A DNA stretch of 64,000 bases, taken from positions 171,529-235,528 of the forward strand of contig CAMYLY010000004.1 in the NCBI GenBank assembly GCA_947259405.1, given 5' to 3'. Position 1 is the stretch's first letter. Every line of letters begins with the position of its first letter. Under the pieces are notes generated by a model that was not told the DNA's origin, made no database searches, and was given only the letters and a program-made list of their open reading frames with translations. The stretch comes from an uncultured Gemmatimonadales bacterium (lineage in GTDB: Bacteria; Gemmatimonadota; Gemmatimonadetes; Gemmatimonadales; GWC2-71-9). Made by a program: the position numbers and the translations under genes. Below, one piece after another: positions 29,231 through 37,994 of the stretch.

Positions 29231-29461
29231 TTGACAGCATTTGACAGGTGCCGAGACGAGCTGTTCAGCCACATTCTGCGCTGTGAGGTCGTCGGGGCAC
29301 AAGCGGAGCACCAGCGCGATTGGTTCGATGACACCATGGAGTATATGGCGGAGCGCTATCCGTCGTTGACGGAAAAGGAACTTGCGCAGATCAGGAATCT
29401 CGGAGAGCGATACGTCCAGCCTGTGATACAACACAATCCCGAAGTCGGTACCAGAGCCTAG
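29231..29461 (+). CDS. Hypothetical 76-aa protein
   Basis: TTG start preceded by GAGGAG at 29219-29224. The composition is helical and coding-like (MTAFDRCRDELFSHILRCEVVGAQAEHQRDWFDDTMEYMAERYPSLTEKELAQIRNLGERY). I recognise no family. Confidence 0.45.
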   Translation: MTAFDRCRDELFSHILRCEVVGAQAEHQRDWFDDTMEYMAERYPSLTEKELAQIRNLGERYVQPVIQHNPEVGTRA

Positions 29462-29490
29462 CTCCCAGGACCCATGCCCATCCCGCACGG

Positions 29491-29955
29491 CTACGGCTGG
29501 CGCGGTGGCGCTCCCGACCGCCAGCGAACACGCACACCCGCCGACAGTAACAGCCCGCCGGAAACTCCACCTTCCACAAACCAGCCCCGCTGCGAGCCGG
29601 GAGCGCTCTCCACGCCCAGTACCAGCGCAAGGTACTCTGTTGCCGTGGATGCAAGGAACACGGCAATCCCGCCTCCAGCATAGGGGGCGACACCTCGCTG
29701 CCGGAACGGCGCAAGGTGATAGGTAACCAGGAGGGCAGCTCGGCCCCCGAATTGACCATCGACGTCACCAACGCTGCCGGCAAGACCGATCCGCGTTCGA
29801 CCAGCAGCCCGGATCGCCACACCAACACCGCCACCGAAGTAGTCCGTCGCGGTGACCACGCCCACCCCATGGATTTGGAACTCCCGGGCGCCCTGTGCAT
29901 GAACGACACCAGCCGTGCCAAGCAGTGCCAGGGTGACGATGATGGGGTTACGCAA
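29491..29955 (-). CDS. Small outer-membrane beta-barrel protein (hypothetical)
   Basis: Signal peptide MRNPIIVTLALLGTAGVVHAQG, followed by Gly-rich alternating beta-strand patterns. Confidence 0.55.
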   Translation of the reverse strand: MRNPIIVTLALLGTAGVVHAQGAREFQIHGVGVVTATDYFGGGVGVAIRAAGRTRIGLAGSVGDVDGQFGGRAALLVTYHLAPFRQRGVAPYAGGGIAVFLASTATEYLALVLGVESAPGSQRGWFVEGGVSGGLLLSAGVRVRWRSGAPPRQP

Positions 29956-30370
29956 CTTCGACGTCGTGGCGGACCGTGATATCCGGCGCCAACGAGTGAA
30001 GAACGGAGCAGTACTTCTCGACGGAGAGCTTCACGGCGTGTTCCACTTTGGCACGTTCGATCTCGCCTTGAACCTCGAAGCGGAAGTGAATCTCCATGAA
30101 CCTCCTTGGGTCTTCCTGCCTTCGGATGCCCGATACGGAAACCCTGAGCGCGCTGGGCGGCTGCCGCATCTTGGTGAGTATGTGAACCACATCAGCTCCA
30201 GCGCACCCTCCCGCGGCGAGGAGCAGCGCCTGGGTCGGGCTTGGACCGTCTTGCGAATCGCCGTCCAGAATGACGTCCGGGGTAACCGGTTCGCTCCCAG
30301 CGCCGCGGAATCGCAAACCGTCGCCTAGCCACTCCATCTCGACGGCGCGTCTGTTAGATACACCAGCCAT
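29948..30370 (-). CDS. OsmC/Ohr family peroxiredoxin-like protein
   Basis: Start at Met56 of track ORF 29948..30535 (MAGVSNRRAVEMEWLGDGLRFRG). OsmC motifs: PSPTQALLLAAGGCAGADVV and VEKYCSVLHSL. Confidence 0.75.
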   Translation of the reverse strand: MAGVSNRRAVEMEWLGDGLRFRGAGSEPVTPDVILDGDSQDGPSPTQALLLAAGGCAGADVVHILTKMRQPPSALRVSVSGIRRQEDPRRFMEIHFRFEVQGEIERAKVEHAVKLSVEKYCSVLHSLAPDITVRHDVEVA

Positions 30371-30900
30371 CACATCTCTCCCGGTCGCATCGTGATGCCA
30401 GCGAGAAGACGATGGCGTCTCAACGCGTCTTGCGGATGATATTCGAGGAACCAGTTCGCACTGCGGCTCAGGCGTAACTCGAAGCCAAGCGCAAACTGCC
30501 ACCAAATAGCCGGGCAGTCGGGATCCGCGCCGCACGCTTCGTTACCCACGACGCCGAGCCCGGTCCCTATGTACGGAACCGCAATTGCGGAGTCCGGGGT
30601 AAACCGGAACACTGCCTCGAAGCTGCCCACGTAGCTGTTCGGGCTCGGTGCGAACCCGAGCTCGCCCACGATACGAAAGCGCAGCCGCGGTGTGTAGACA
30701 TACCCGACATCAACGGACGCGCCCGCTAGTGCTTGACCGCTCTGCTCCAAGTCGACCCCCCCTCTCACCCCAAGCGAGAACAGCCCGAATTGCACACGTC
30801 GGTTGGCGGTCTCTTCGACGGCGGAGTCTTGCGCCCACAATGATGGCGCCGATGCGCTCAACGGCGCGAGGATAACGACAACCACCGCGACTATCCGCAT
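30370..30900 (-). CDS. Small outer-membrane beta-barrel protein (hypothetical)
   Basis: Start at Met49 of track ORF 30370..31044 (MRIVAVVVVILAPLSASAPSLWAQ, a signal peptide). It has beta-strand-like repeats, and its stop overlaps the OsmC start (TGATG). Confidence 0.55.
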   Translation of the reverse strand: MRIVAVVVVILAPLSASAPSLWAQDSAVEETANRRVQFGLFSLGVRGGVDLEQSGQALAGASVDVGYVYTPRLRFRIVGELGFAPSPNSYVGSFEAVFRFTPDSAIAVPYIGTGLGVVGNEACGADPDCPAIWWQFALGFELRLSRSANWFLEYHPQDALRRHRLLAGITMRPGEM

Positions 30901-30917
30901 CGGATTTCCTCCATCCG

Positions 30918-31457
30918 TCACCTCCTCCACGCGACTCGACTGTAGTCGGCCACGGCATACACCGATATGGCGGCCGTCGCCCATGCAAGGGGGCGCACAA
31001 GATCCGAGCTCAATGCCCACGCAACGAGCGTCAGAAGTTGGCAAACCGTCACCGCTTTACCACCCGCTCTGGCAGGGAGGGTGGTCGGCTGCCGCAACAC
31101 CCAGGTCGCCATAAATGCCAGCAGCGCGACAATGTCGCGCAACAGGACGCCCGCCATCTCGATCAGCGACAGGTCCCCGCTCAGCGCCACCACCACGAAG
31201 GCCGTCCCAATGAAGGCCTTGTCCGCAATCGGATCAAGTACGACACCCGCTCGAGATCCCCCAATCCGGCGCGCCCAGATCCCGTCGATGAAATCACTCG
31301 ATGCCGCGAGCGCGAGGATGGTGAGCCGCGACCAAGGCTCATGCACCAGCGGGAATATCGCGGCAAGTGGCAAGCGAATTGCCGTGAGCAGATCAGGCGC
31401 TTTGAACAGCGGCCTTGCTTGCCGCTCCCTAACGCGCCCAGTAGCTTGCACACTCAT
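30918..31457 (-). CDS. CDP-alcohol phosphatidyltransferase family protein
   Basis: Start at Met39 of track ORF 30918..31571. The signature D-x2-DG-x2-AR-x8-G-x3-D-x3-D is present as DFIDGIWARRIGGSRAGVVLDPIAD. Confidence 0.75.
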   Translation of the reverse strand: MSVQATGRVRERQARPLFKAPDLLTAIRLPLAAIFPLVHEPWSRLTILALAASSDFIDGIWARRIGGSRAGVVLDPIADKAFIGTAFVVVALSGDLSLIEMAGVLLRDIVALLAFMATWVLRQPTTLPARAGGKAVTVCQLLTLVAWALSSDLVRPLAWATAAISVYAVADYSRVAWRR

Positions 31458-31481
31458 GGGCGGGATCCCATAGGAGGGCGC

Positions 31482-31940
31482 ATGGATAAAGAGCTCATCA
31501 GGCAGTCCGCGATCTTCAAGGATCTCGACGATGATGAACTCGATCGCATCGCGGAGATCTCGAAGACCCAAGAGTTCAAGTTCGGCCAGTACATCTTCAA
31601 AGAAGGAGAGAAGGGCAACCGCTTATATATCGTTGCGTCGGGCGAGGTCCGCATCTCTCGCGTCGTGCCTGGATCGGGGGAAGAAGCACTCGCCGTGCTG
31701 AAGACGGGCGCCTGTTTTGGCGAGATGGCAGTTCTCGACCGATCCGAGCGTTCCACCGATGCCATCGCGAACACCGATTGCATGCTGCTGACTATTACGC
31801 GTTCCGATTTCGAGTTGTTGCTCGATTTCAATCGCGAACTCGCCTACAAGGTGCTTTGGTCCGTCGTGCGATTGCTCTGTGAGCGACTCCGTATCACGAA
31901 CGACAATCTTCGCTCGTTTCTCGCGATGTCGATGTTCTAG
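31482..31940 (+). CDS. Stand-alone cyclic-nucleotide-binding domain protein
   Basis: Start at Met149 of track ORF 31038..31940, preceded by AGGAGG. The sequence reads MDKELIRQSAIFKDLDDDELDRIAEI...GEKGNRLYIVASGEVRI...FGEMAVLD. Confidence 0.8.
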   Translation: MDKELIRQSAIFKDLDDDELDRIAEISKTQEFKFGQYIFKEGEKGNRLYIVASGEVRISRVVPGSGEEALAVLKTGACFGEMAVLDRSERSTDAIANTDCMLLTITRSDFELLLDFNRELAYKVLWSVVRLLCERLRITNDNLRSFLAMSMF

Positions 31941-31942
31941 CA

Positions 31943-34543
31943 TCATTCTGCGCTCGGCCCAATCCCTCGCACAACGAACTCCGCCGGGCTCGGGTCCGTG
32001 AAGACCTCGTTGGCAACTTCAACCACATCTTTGATCGACACAGAACGGAGACGCTGCGCCACCTCCGGCACATCCGCTATCGACCCCTTGATCCATGCGT
32101 TCAAGACTTCGTCAGCCATCGATCGACCGTTTTGCAAACGCATTTCCACGCCACCGGCAGCGTAGTTCTTGGCCCTCTCGAGTTCGGAGTCGTCCGGCGC
32201 AGCGGTCACGACGCGGCGCAACTCCGCGTGCATCGCGTCGCGAGCCTCGCGCTCGCGCTCGGGAGAGGTGGCGATGTATGTGAGCATCACCCCCGCCATC
32301 CGACCGAGCCAAGGCAGAGCTGCGACCGTATACGCAAGGGAACGACGCTCACGCAGCTCATCGAACAGCCTGCCAGCAAGTCCGCTCAATAACGATCCCG
32401 TGACCGTTAGCGCGTAGCGCCGCGGCGAGTCATAGGCGAACGCAGGAAACGCCATTGCCAATGCTGTCTGCTGCTTCCGCCGCTCAGTGGAGTCTTGTTC
32501 GGAGCATATAGTGGGCGCAAATTCGAGCACTGGACCACTCTGCACACTCGGCCAGTCAGCCAACGGGCCCAGGGCATCAGCGAGCGCTGTGACGGAGAGG
32601 TCTCCGACGCCAACCACAACGGGCCGGTGCGTCAATACGCGCGTCGCCCACGACCGGACACTCGCGTGATCGAGTCTCTCAACCGACTCGACGGTTCCTA
32701 GCGCTGGAAGTCCGTAGGCGTGATCGCGAAAAGCTAGACCTAGCACTCGGTCAATCGGATAGGCGAACATGTCGTCCTGGGCACGCCGCACATCCGAGGC
32801 GAGATACCGACTCTCCATACCGACGTCGCCCGAATTGAGATTTGGTTGCTCGGCGACCAACCGGAGCAGGCTCGCGGCATTCACGGCTCGCTTGACCGGG
32901 ACCGTGATCCACCATCCCAGGTAATCAGCCCGGACCGATGATCCGAGTGTGCCGCCGAGGCGTTCCACGACCTCGGCCAGCTCTTCGCTCGACAAGCCAC
33001 CAGCACCGCGAACCGCGCTACGCACGAACAACGAAGAGATTCCAGCGTTCGCCGCCGTTTCTTTGGTCGGCACACCGGGAAAGTGCAGGCCCAGTGTTAC
33101 GAGTCCCGACCCGCGTTTCTCACGCGTGATGAAATCCACATTGTCGTGCTCGACGTGGAAGATGCCTTTCGCGACCTCCCTGATCTCACGTAAGGGTGGT
33201 ATTGAGCCACCGCTTGGTACCTCTGGTACGGTTATCCGTCGGACTGCATCGGCGCCGTTGGGGGTTGGTGGCCATCCTGTGTGCAGGCCCGTCTCCGCTC
33301 CTTCCGGCATGAACCCAACCGCACACACACCCTCCAATGTGAGGTAGCGTTCCGCCACGTCCATGACCTGCTCTCGAGTGACGTCGAGAAACTGCTCGTA
33401 GAATCGATCGACCAACTCGATCCCTCCCAGCGCCTCCGCTTCACAGAAGAGGGACGCGCGTCCCTCCATCGATTCGAGTCGACTCAACCATCGTGTCTGC
33501 ATCAGAGCGTGGACGCGGGCCACGTCCGCCTCCGACGCGCTTCCTTCCGCGAGACTGGCCACTGACCCGAGCGCGGCTTCCACCGCATCATCGAACGTCT
33601 GAACCTCCGTTTCAAAGCCAAGCGTAAGCGTTCCAACCACCGTGGGGGTGTAGTGGTCCGCTGACGTGCTACTGGCCAAACCCGTGCGTCGCAGGCGGCG
33701 GTAGAGATGGGCCCCGCGCCCCGATCCAAGTATTCCGGCCGCGGCGTCCAGCGCTGGGGTGTCCGGATGCAACGCGTCGACCGTTCTCCACCCAACCATG
33801 GCGCGCGGTCGCATCACATCGCCGCTGAGCAGGCGCATGCTTGGCGTGACCGGCTGGGTTTCCTCGGCCGGATCCCCGATGGCACCCGACGGACGGGCCC
33901 AATCGCCGTAGTGCTGATCGATCAGTTCGAGGGCTTCATCCTGCTCGATGTCTCCGACGACCGACACGATGACGCGATCCGGCGTGTACCGCGTCTCGTA
34001 GTAGCGAACCACATCATCTCGCGTGAGGTGGCGGAGTCCGTCCTCGGTGCCAATCCGCCATCGGCGGATCCGGTGGGTCGGGAAGAGCACCTCGAGGAGG
34101 GTCTCGTACGTAACTGCGGCTGGCGTATCGAGTTTTCGTTTGGCCTCTTGAATGATGACCTCGAGCTCGCGTGCGAGTTCATCGGGATCGATCGCGGCGT
34201 TTCGCAGGGCGTCAGCCTGAACATCCAGTGCTTGGCGAAGACCACCTTGCGACGAGGGGAGAACGGTGTAATAGACCGTCTTGTCGTAGATGGTGCCGGC
34301 GTTGATATAGCCGCCGACGAGCTGGGTTTCACGCGCAATGTCACCGGGGCCGCGTCGCGCGGTCCCCTTGAAGAACATGTGCTCAAGTACGTGCGCGATC
34401 CCCACCCACTCGTCCGGCTCATCGAAATAGCCTGCCCGCACGTGCGTCACAACGGCGACGACGGGAGCGGACGGTGCCCGCTGGACGAGTACCGTCAGGC
34501 CGTTGGACAGCGTGGTCCGAGCGACATCCGTGACCCAAGACAT
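31943..34543 (-). CDS. M16 (pitrilysin/insulinase) family zinc peptidase, tandem two-unit protein
   Basis: Start at Met37 of track ORF 31943..34651 (MSWVTDVARTTLSNGLTVLVQRAP). It has the inverted zincin motif GIAHVLEHMFFKGT, and the second half is a degenerate M16 unit. Confidence 0.85.
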   Translation of the reverse strand: MSWVTDVARTTLSNGLTVLVQRAPSAPVVAVVTHVRAGYFDEPDEWVGIAHVLEHMFFKGTARRGPGDIARETQLVGGYINAGTIYDKTVYYTVLPSSQGGLRQALDVQADALRNAAIDPDELARELEVIIQEAKRKLDTPAAVTYETLLEVLFPTHRIRRWRIGTEDGLRHLTRDDVVRYYETRYTPDRVIVSVVGDIEQDEALELIDQHYGDWARPSGAIGDPAEETQPVTPSMRLLSGDVMRPRAMVGWRTVDALHPDTPALDAAAGILGSGRGAHLYRRLRRTGLASSTSADHYTPTVVGTLTLGFETEVQTFDDAVEAALGSVASLAEGSASEADVARVHALMQTRWLSRLESMEGRASLFCEAEALGGIELVDRFYEQFLDVTREQVMDVAERYLTLEGVCAVGFMPEGAETGLHTGWPPTPNGADAVRRITVPEVPSGGSIPPLREIREVAKGIFHVEHDNVDFITREKRGSGLVTLGLHFPGVPTKETAANAGISSLFVRSAVRGAGGLSSEELAEVVERLGGTLGSSVRADYLGWWITVPVKRAVNAASLLRLVAEQPNLNSGDVGMESRYLASDVRRAQDDMFAYPIDRVLGLAFRDHAYGLPALGTVESVERLDHASVRSWATRVLTHRPVVVGVGDLSVTALADALGPLADWPSVQSGPVLEFAPTICSEQDSTERRKQQTALAMAFPAFAYDSPRRYALTVTGSLLSGLAGRLFDELRERRSLAYTVAALPWLGRMAGVMLTYIATSPEREREARDAMHAELRRVVTAAPDDSELERAKNYAAGGVEMRLQNGRSMADEVLNAWIKGSIADVPEVAQRLRSVSIKDVVEVANEVFTDPSPAEFVVRGIGPSAE

Positions 34544-34560
34544 GTGGGGTGAACCTAATA

Positions 34561-34578
34561 GGGCGGCTGGCACCGCCC
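34561..34578 (-). terminator. Short GC hairpin between the TPR gene and the M16 gene
   Basis: GGGCGG-ctggca-CCGCCC, followed on the minus strand by a TATTAGGTT tail. It could be a weak terminator or attenuator. Confidence 0.3.
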
Positions 34579-34592
34579 CCGATAGGAGCGAG

Positions 34593-35759
34593 TTATCCGA
34601 GGATCTGCACGATCCCGGCCTGGGCCGCACCACGCACGAAGCTCTCCGCATCGGTGACCGGGATCGTCACGCCTCGCTCACGGCTGCTGCGACGGGAGAC
34701 TTGCTCCATGTACTGGACGACCGAACCGCGGGCACCATCCCGGTCGTCCATCTTCATTTGCAGAACGATCTCCTCCCAGGTGCCCGAGTACGTTACACCC
34801 GCCTTGGTACTCACCTTGTGTAGCTCGCCACGCCGTCGTCGCATCCCCTGCAGTTCAGTGAGCAACGTGCCGAACAACTCAAGCTGACGGGGATCTCGCA
34901 CCGAACCGGTGAGGTGGATCGCCTGAATCTCCGCGAGAAACTGCTCGTCGGGATCCTGTTCCTCAGAGAGCTCCCGGAGCCGAGAATGCCAGTTCTGGAG
35001 TTCGGGATCCCCGTCGGGCAGACGGTATACCGACTTCTTCAGTTCAAGTGTGCGCCACAGCGCGAGTTCGTCGACATGCTCCTCGGGCACGGTCTGTTCG
35101 AAGTGGAACAACGCCGCGTCGTACTCGCCCCGGTCATACAGAAGATTCCCCAGATAGATTCGCGCCTCGGCGTGGTTCTCGTCCAGGTCGAGCGCACGGC
35201 GCAGCCAATACAGCGCCGCATCCTCGGTACCGAGCCGGTGTTCTGCGTACCCAAGGCTCGCCGTGGCCTCAGCAGACTCATCGTGATGCGCCACTGCGAG
35301 CTCGAAAAAGCCTCGGGCGTGCCGCAACATGCCTTCACGGAAGAGGGCGCGACCAATCTGAAGCATGAGGTCATGGTCCTCGCGGAAGCCTAGCGTCAGG
35401 ACACGATCGAAATGCTGTAGTCCAGCTGACCGGTCACCCAGCTTGAGAAGAACCTCTCCCAATCCAGCGTGGGCTTCCTCGCTGTTGGCGTCGAGCCCGA
35501 GTACCTGCTCAAAGCTCCGCCGAGCCCACCCGTATTCCTCCATCGCCAATCGCGCATACGCCAGACCCAGATGGAGGTCGGCCGCGAACGGATAGACCGC
35601 GATGCCTTCCCTCAGGACATCGAGGGCTTCGTCATAAAGGGCTTGGGTGTACAGATTGTGAGCGCGTTCCGCGTAATCCTCAGAACTGAGGAAGGCGTCC
35701 GACACTAGCCGGGCTCCGGTGGAAGTCTGGTCACAATACAACGCAACCGCTGCTCGCAC
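34593..35759 (-). CDS. TPR-repeat protein with an unrecognised C-terminal domain
   Basis: GTG start. Multiple TPR-like units are visible (AERAHNLYTQALYDEALDVLREGIAVYP, HLGLAYARLAMEEYGWARRSFEQVLGLD, and others). The C-terminal roughly 110 aa are not recognised. Confidence 0.65.
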   Translation of the reverse strand: MRAAVALYCDQTSTGARLVSDAFLSSEDYAERAHNLYTQALYDEALDVLREGIAVYPFAADLHLGLAYARLAMEEYGWARRSFEQVLGLDANSEEAHAGLGEVLLKLGDRSAGLQHFDRVLTLGFREDHDLMLQIGRALFREGMLRHARGFFELAVAHHDESAEATASLGYAEHRLGTEDAALYWLRRALDLDENHAEARIYLGNLLYDRGEYDAALFHFEQTVPEEHVDELALWRTLELKKSVYRLPDGDPELQNWHSRLRELSEEQDPDEQFLAEIQAIHLTGSVRDPRQLELFGTLLTELQGMRRRRGELHKVSTKAGVTYSGTWEEIVLQMKMDDRDGARGSVVQYMEQVSRRSSRERGVTIPVTDAESFVRGAAQAGIVQILG

Positions 35760-35785
35760 AAGGGGTTGCGCCGTTCCAAAACGCA

Positions 35786-35855
35786 GAAACCCGCCGGTCC
35801 AACCCCGCTGCGGGGGCCTCGGCGGGCCTCACGCGCGGCTTGACAGGCGGGTTTC
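35786..35855 (-). terminator. Long-range GC stem downstream of the NTF2-like gene (candidate terminator)
   Basis: GAAACCCGCC (35786-35795) pairs with GGCGGGTTTC (35846-35855) and encloses smaller GC hairpins. On the minus strand it is followed by TGCGTTTTGG. Confidence 0.35.
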
Positions 35856-35882
35856 GGGCCCGTGGAGACCCCGGCGAGCCGC

Positions 35883-36368
35883 TCAGTTCATGCTGTTGGC
35901 GGACAAGTGCTGAAAGTGGATCTTCCACTCCTGGTCCACGGGATCGCGGATCCACACGATCGTCCCATACCCGGGCTCAACCACACGACGGCTGTCTTGA
36001 TGTATGATGTCGGTTGAATGGCCGAACGTCGTTAACGCTGTCTCCGCCCCCAGCAACTCGGTCCTGGGTTGCTGCGCAACGAAGTTCATGTAGCGAATGG
36101 CATTGAAGAAGTCGTGCAACCGGCGCTCCTGCTGTTCGTACCCCCGCACAACCCCTCCATCCGGCCAAAACACCAACAGCTCACTATGATTGTGATAAAA
36201 CGCAAGCACCTCGTCGCGTTGTCCGTTGTTCATCGCCTGCACCCATCCGCTGAACTTCCCCTCGAGCTGCTGCTGGGCCTGAAGTCGCTCCGCCGTCGTC
36301 ATTTCTGGCGGCTGACAAGCGAGGATCGTGGCGAGGCCCAGTACTGTGAGGATCCGGCGCTTCAACAT
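35883..36368 (-). CDS. NTF2-like (SnoaL/DUF4440-type) lipoprotein
   Basis: Start at Met37 of track ORF 35883..36476 (MLKRRILTVLGLATILAC, a lipobox). The length and pattern resemble NTF2-fold proteins. Confidence 0.55.
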   Translation of the reverse strand: MLKRRILTVLGLATILACQPPEMTTAERLQAQQQLEGKFSGWVQAMNNGQRDEVLAFYHNHSELLVFWPDGGVVRGYEQQERRLHDFFNAIRYMNFVAQQPRTELLGAETALTTFGHSTDIIHQDSRRVVEPGYGTIVWIRDPVDQEWKIHFQHLSANSMN

Positions 36369-36560
36369 GTCGAGATTCCTTTCCTCGCGTCCAGGCGACA
36401 AAGCTACGCTGGGGACCACTTGCGTCAATGCAACCCCGGGCCTACCGTACCGCCGCGCCGGCCCCACGCGTGCCATGCGGCCCGTGACCTGCCCGAACCC
36501 CCGCCTGGGTCGGACTTGTTCGAGCGGTCGGCCTCTCGTGCTTGATTCACGGAGTCAGTG

Positions 36561-37985
36561 ATGACCGGGACCACAGTCGCCGTCTTCGCCTCACTGTCCC
36601 TCCTCCAAGGTGGGCCACAACAAGATGATCCTCGGGTTCACGGGATCGTCACGTCGGTCTCCTCCGAGAGGATCGAGGCCGATATCCGCACGCTCGTAGG
36701 CTTCGGGACTCGCAATACCATGTCCGACACATTGTCCTCCACCAGAGGGATTGGGGCGGCGCGGCGATGGATCAAGGCCGAGTTCGACCGGATCTCAGAA
36801 GCCTGCGGAGGATGCCTCGACGTCTACTTCGTGGGCGAGACCTTTCCCGCGGGCGGCCGGCTGCGTGAGGACGCGGAGACCCATATCGTCAACGTGGTGG
36901 CCGTTCAGCGTGGCGACACGGATCCGGGGCGGTTCGTCATCATGAGCGGCGACATTGACTCGCGGGTGTCTCGCGGGTCCAATGCGATCGACTCCGCGCC
37001 GGGCGCAAACGACAACGCTTCCGGTATGGCTGGCACGCTCGAGGCGGCCCGCGTACTTACTCGGCATTCTTTCAACGCGTCCATCGTGTATCTCGGACTC
37101 TCCGGTGAAGAGCAGGGGTTGTACGGTGGCGGTACGATCGCACGAATGGCGGTCGACAGCGGTTGGGACATTCAAGCCGTGCTCAACAACGACATGATCG
37201 GCAACATCGAAGGCGTTGACGGCGTGATCGAAAACAGCACAGCACGTGTCTTTTCCGACGGAGCCGAGCCCTTGGATGTCGCCCTCTCGCGCCTCGCCGG
37301 TCCAGAGTTACGGGACCGTGCGCGTGCAAATGAACCGATCCAAGTCTCTGCCAGTGAGTTGCTGCGAATTCAACGGCTGGTCAACAGCTGGCGCCGCCAG
37401 GGCGGAGGGATCGATGGGACTTCTCGACAGTTGGCACGGTATGTCGACCGCATCGCTGACCTCTACCTGCCCACCCTCGACGTCATCATGATCTACCGAC
37501 TCGACCGATTTGGGCGCGGCGGGCACCACACACCGTTTGCGAACGAGGGATTCCCTGCCGTGCGTATCATGGAAACCCACGAGAACTACACGCGTCAGCA
37601 TCAGGACATTCGTGTCGAAGACGGCGTGCCGTATGGCGACGTCCTTTCCGGCGTTGACTTCGCGTATGCGGCCACGCTCACGGCTTTGAACGCCGCATCA
37701 CTCGCGTCCCTCGCTGCGGCCCCGGGACGCCCACAGAACATTCGCATTCGGGGCGCCGTGCGCCCGGCGGCGATGATGGAATGGGAGGCCCCAGCCGACG
37801 AGGCGAATGTAGCGGGATACCGAGTGTATTGGCGTTCGACAGATTCACCGACATGGAACTACAGCCGGTGGGTCGGCAGCGCCACCCAGCACACGTTTGA
37901 AGGACTCGTCATCGACAACTACTTCTTTGGCGTGGCGGCCGTCGGAGTCGACGGGAACGAGAGCATCATCGCCTTTCAGCAGTAA
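36561..37985 (+). CDS. M28 family metallopeptidase with C-terminal Fn3-like domain
   Basis: GGAG lies 6 nt upstream of ATG 36561. Motifs seen: SGDIDSRV, GANDNASGMAGTLEAARVL, LGLSGEEQGLYGG, NNDMIGN. The C-terminus carries AGYRVYWRSTDSPTW. Confidence 0.8.
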   Translation: MTGTTVAVFASLSLLQGGPQQDDPRVHGIVTSVSSERIEADIRTLVGFGTRNTMSDTLSSTRGIGAARRWIKAEFDRISEACGGCLDVYFVGETFPAGGRLREDAETHIVNVVAVQRGDTDPGRFVIMSGDIDSRVSRGSNAIDSAPGANDNASGMAGTLEAARVLTRHSFNASIVYLGLSGEEQGLYGGGTIARMAVDSGWDIQAVLNNDMIGNIEGVDGVIENSTARVFSDGAEPLDVALSRLAGPELRDRARANEPIQVSASELLRIQRLVNSWRRQGGGIDGTSRQLARYVDRIADLYLPTLDVIMIYRLDRFGRGGHHTPFANEGFPAVRIMETHENYTRQHQDIRVEDGVPYGDVLSGVDFAYAATLTALNAASLASLAAAPGRPQNIRIRGAVRPAAMMEWEAPADEANVAGYRVYWRSTDSPTWNYSRWVGSATQHTFEGLVIDNYFFGVAAVGVDGNESIIAFQQ

Positions 37986-37994
37986 GAGGTCGCC

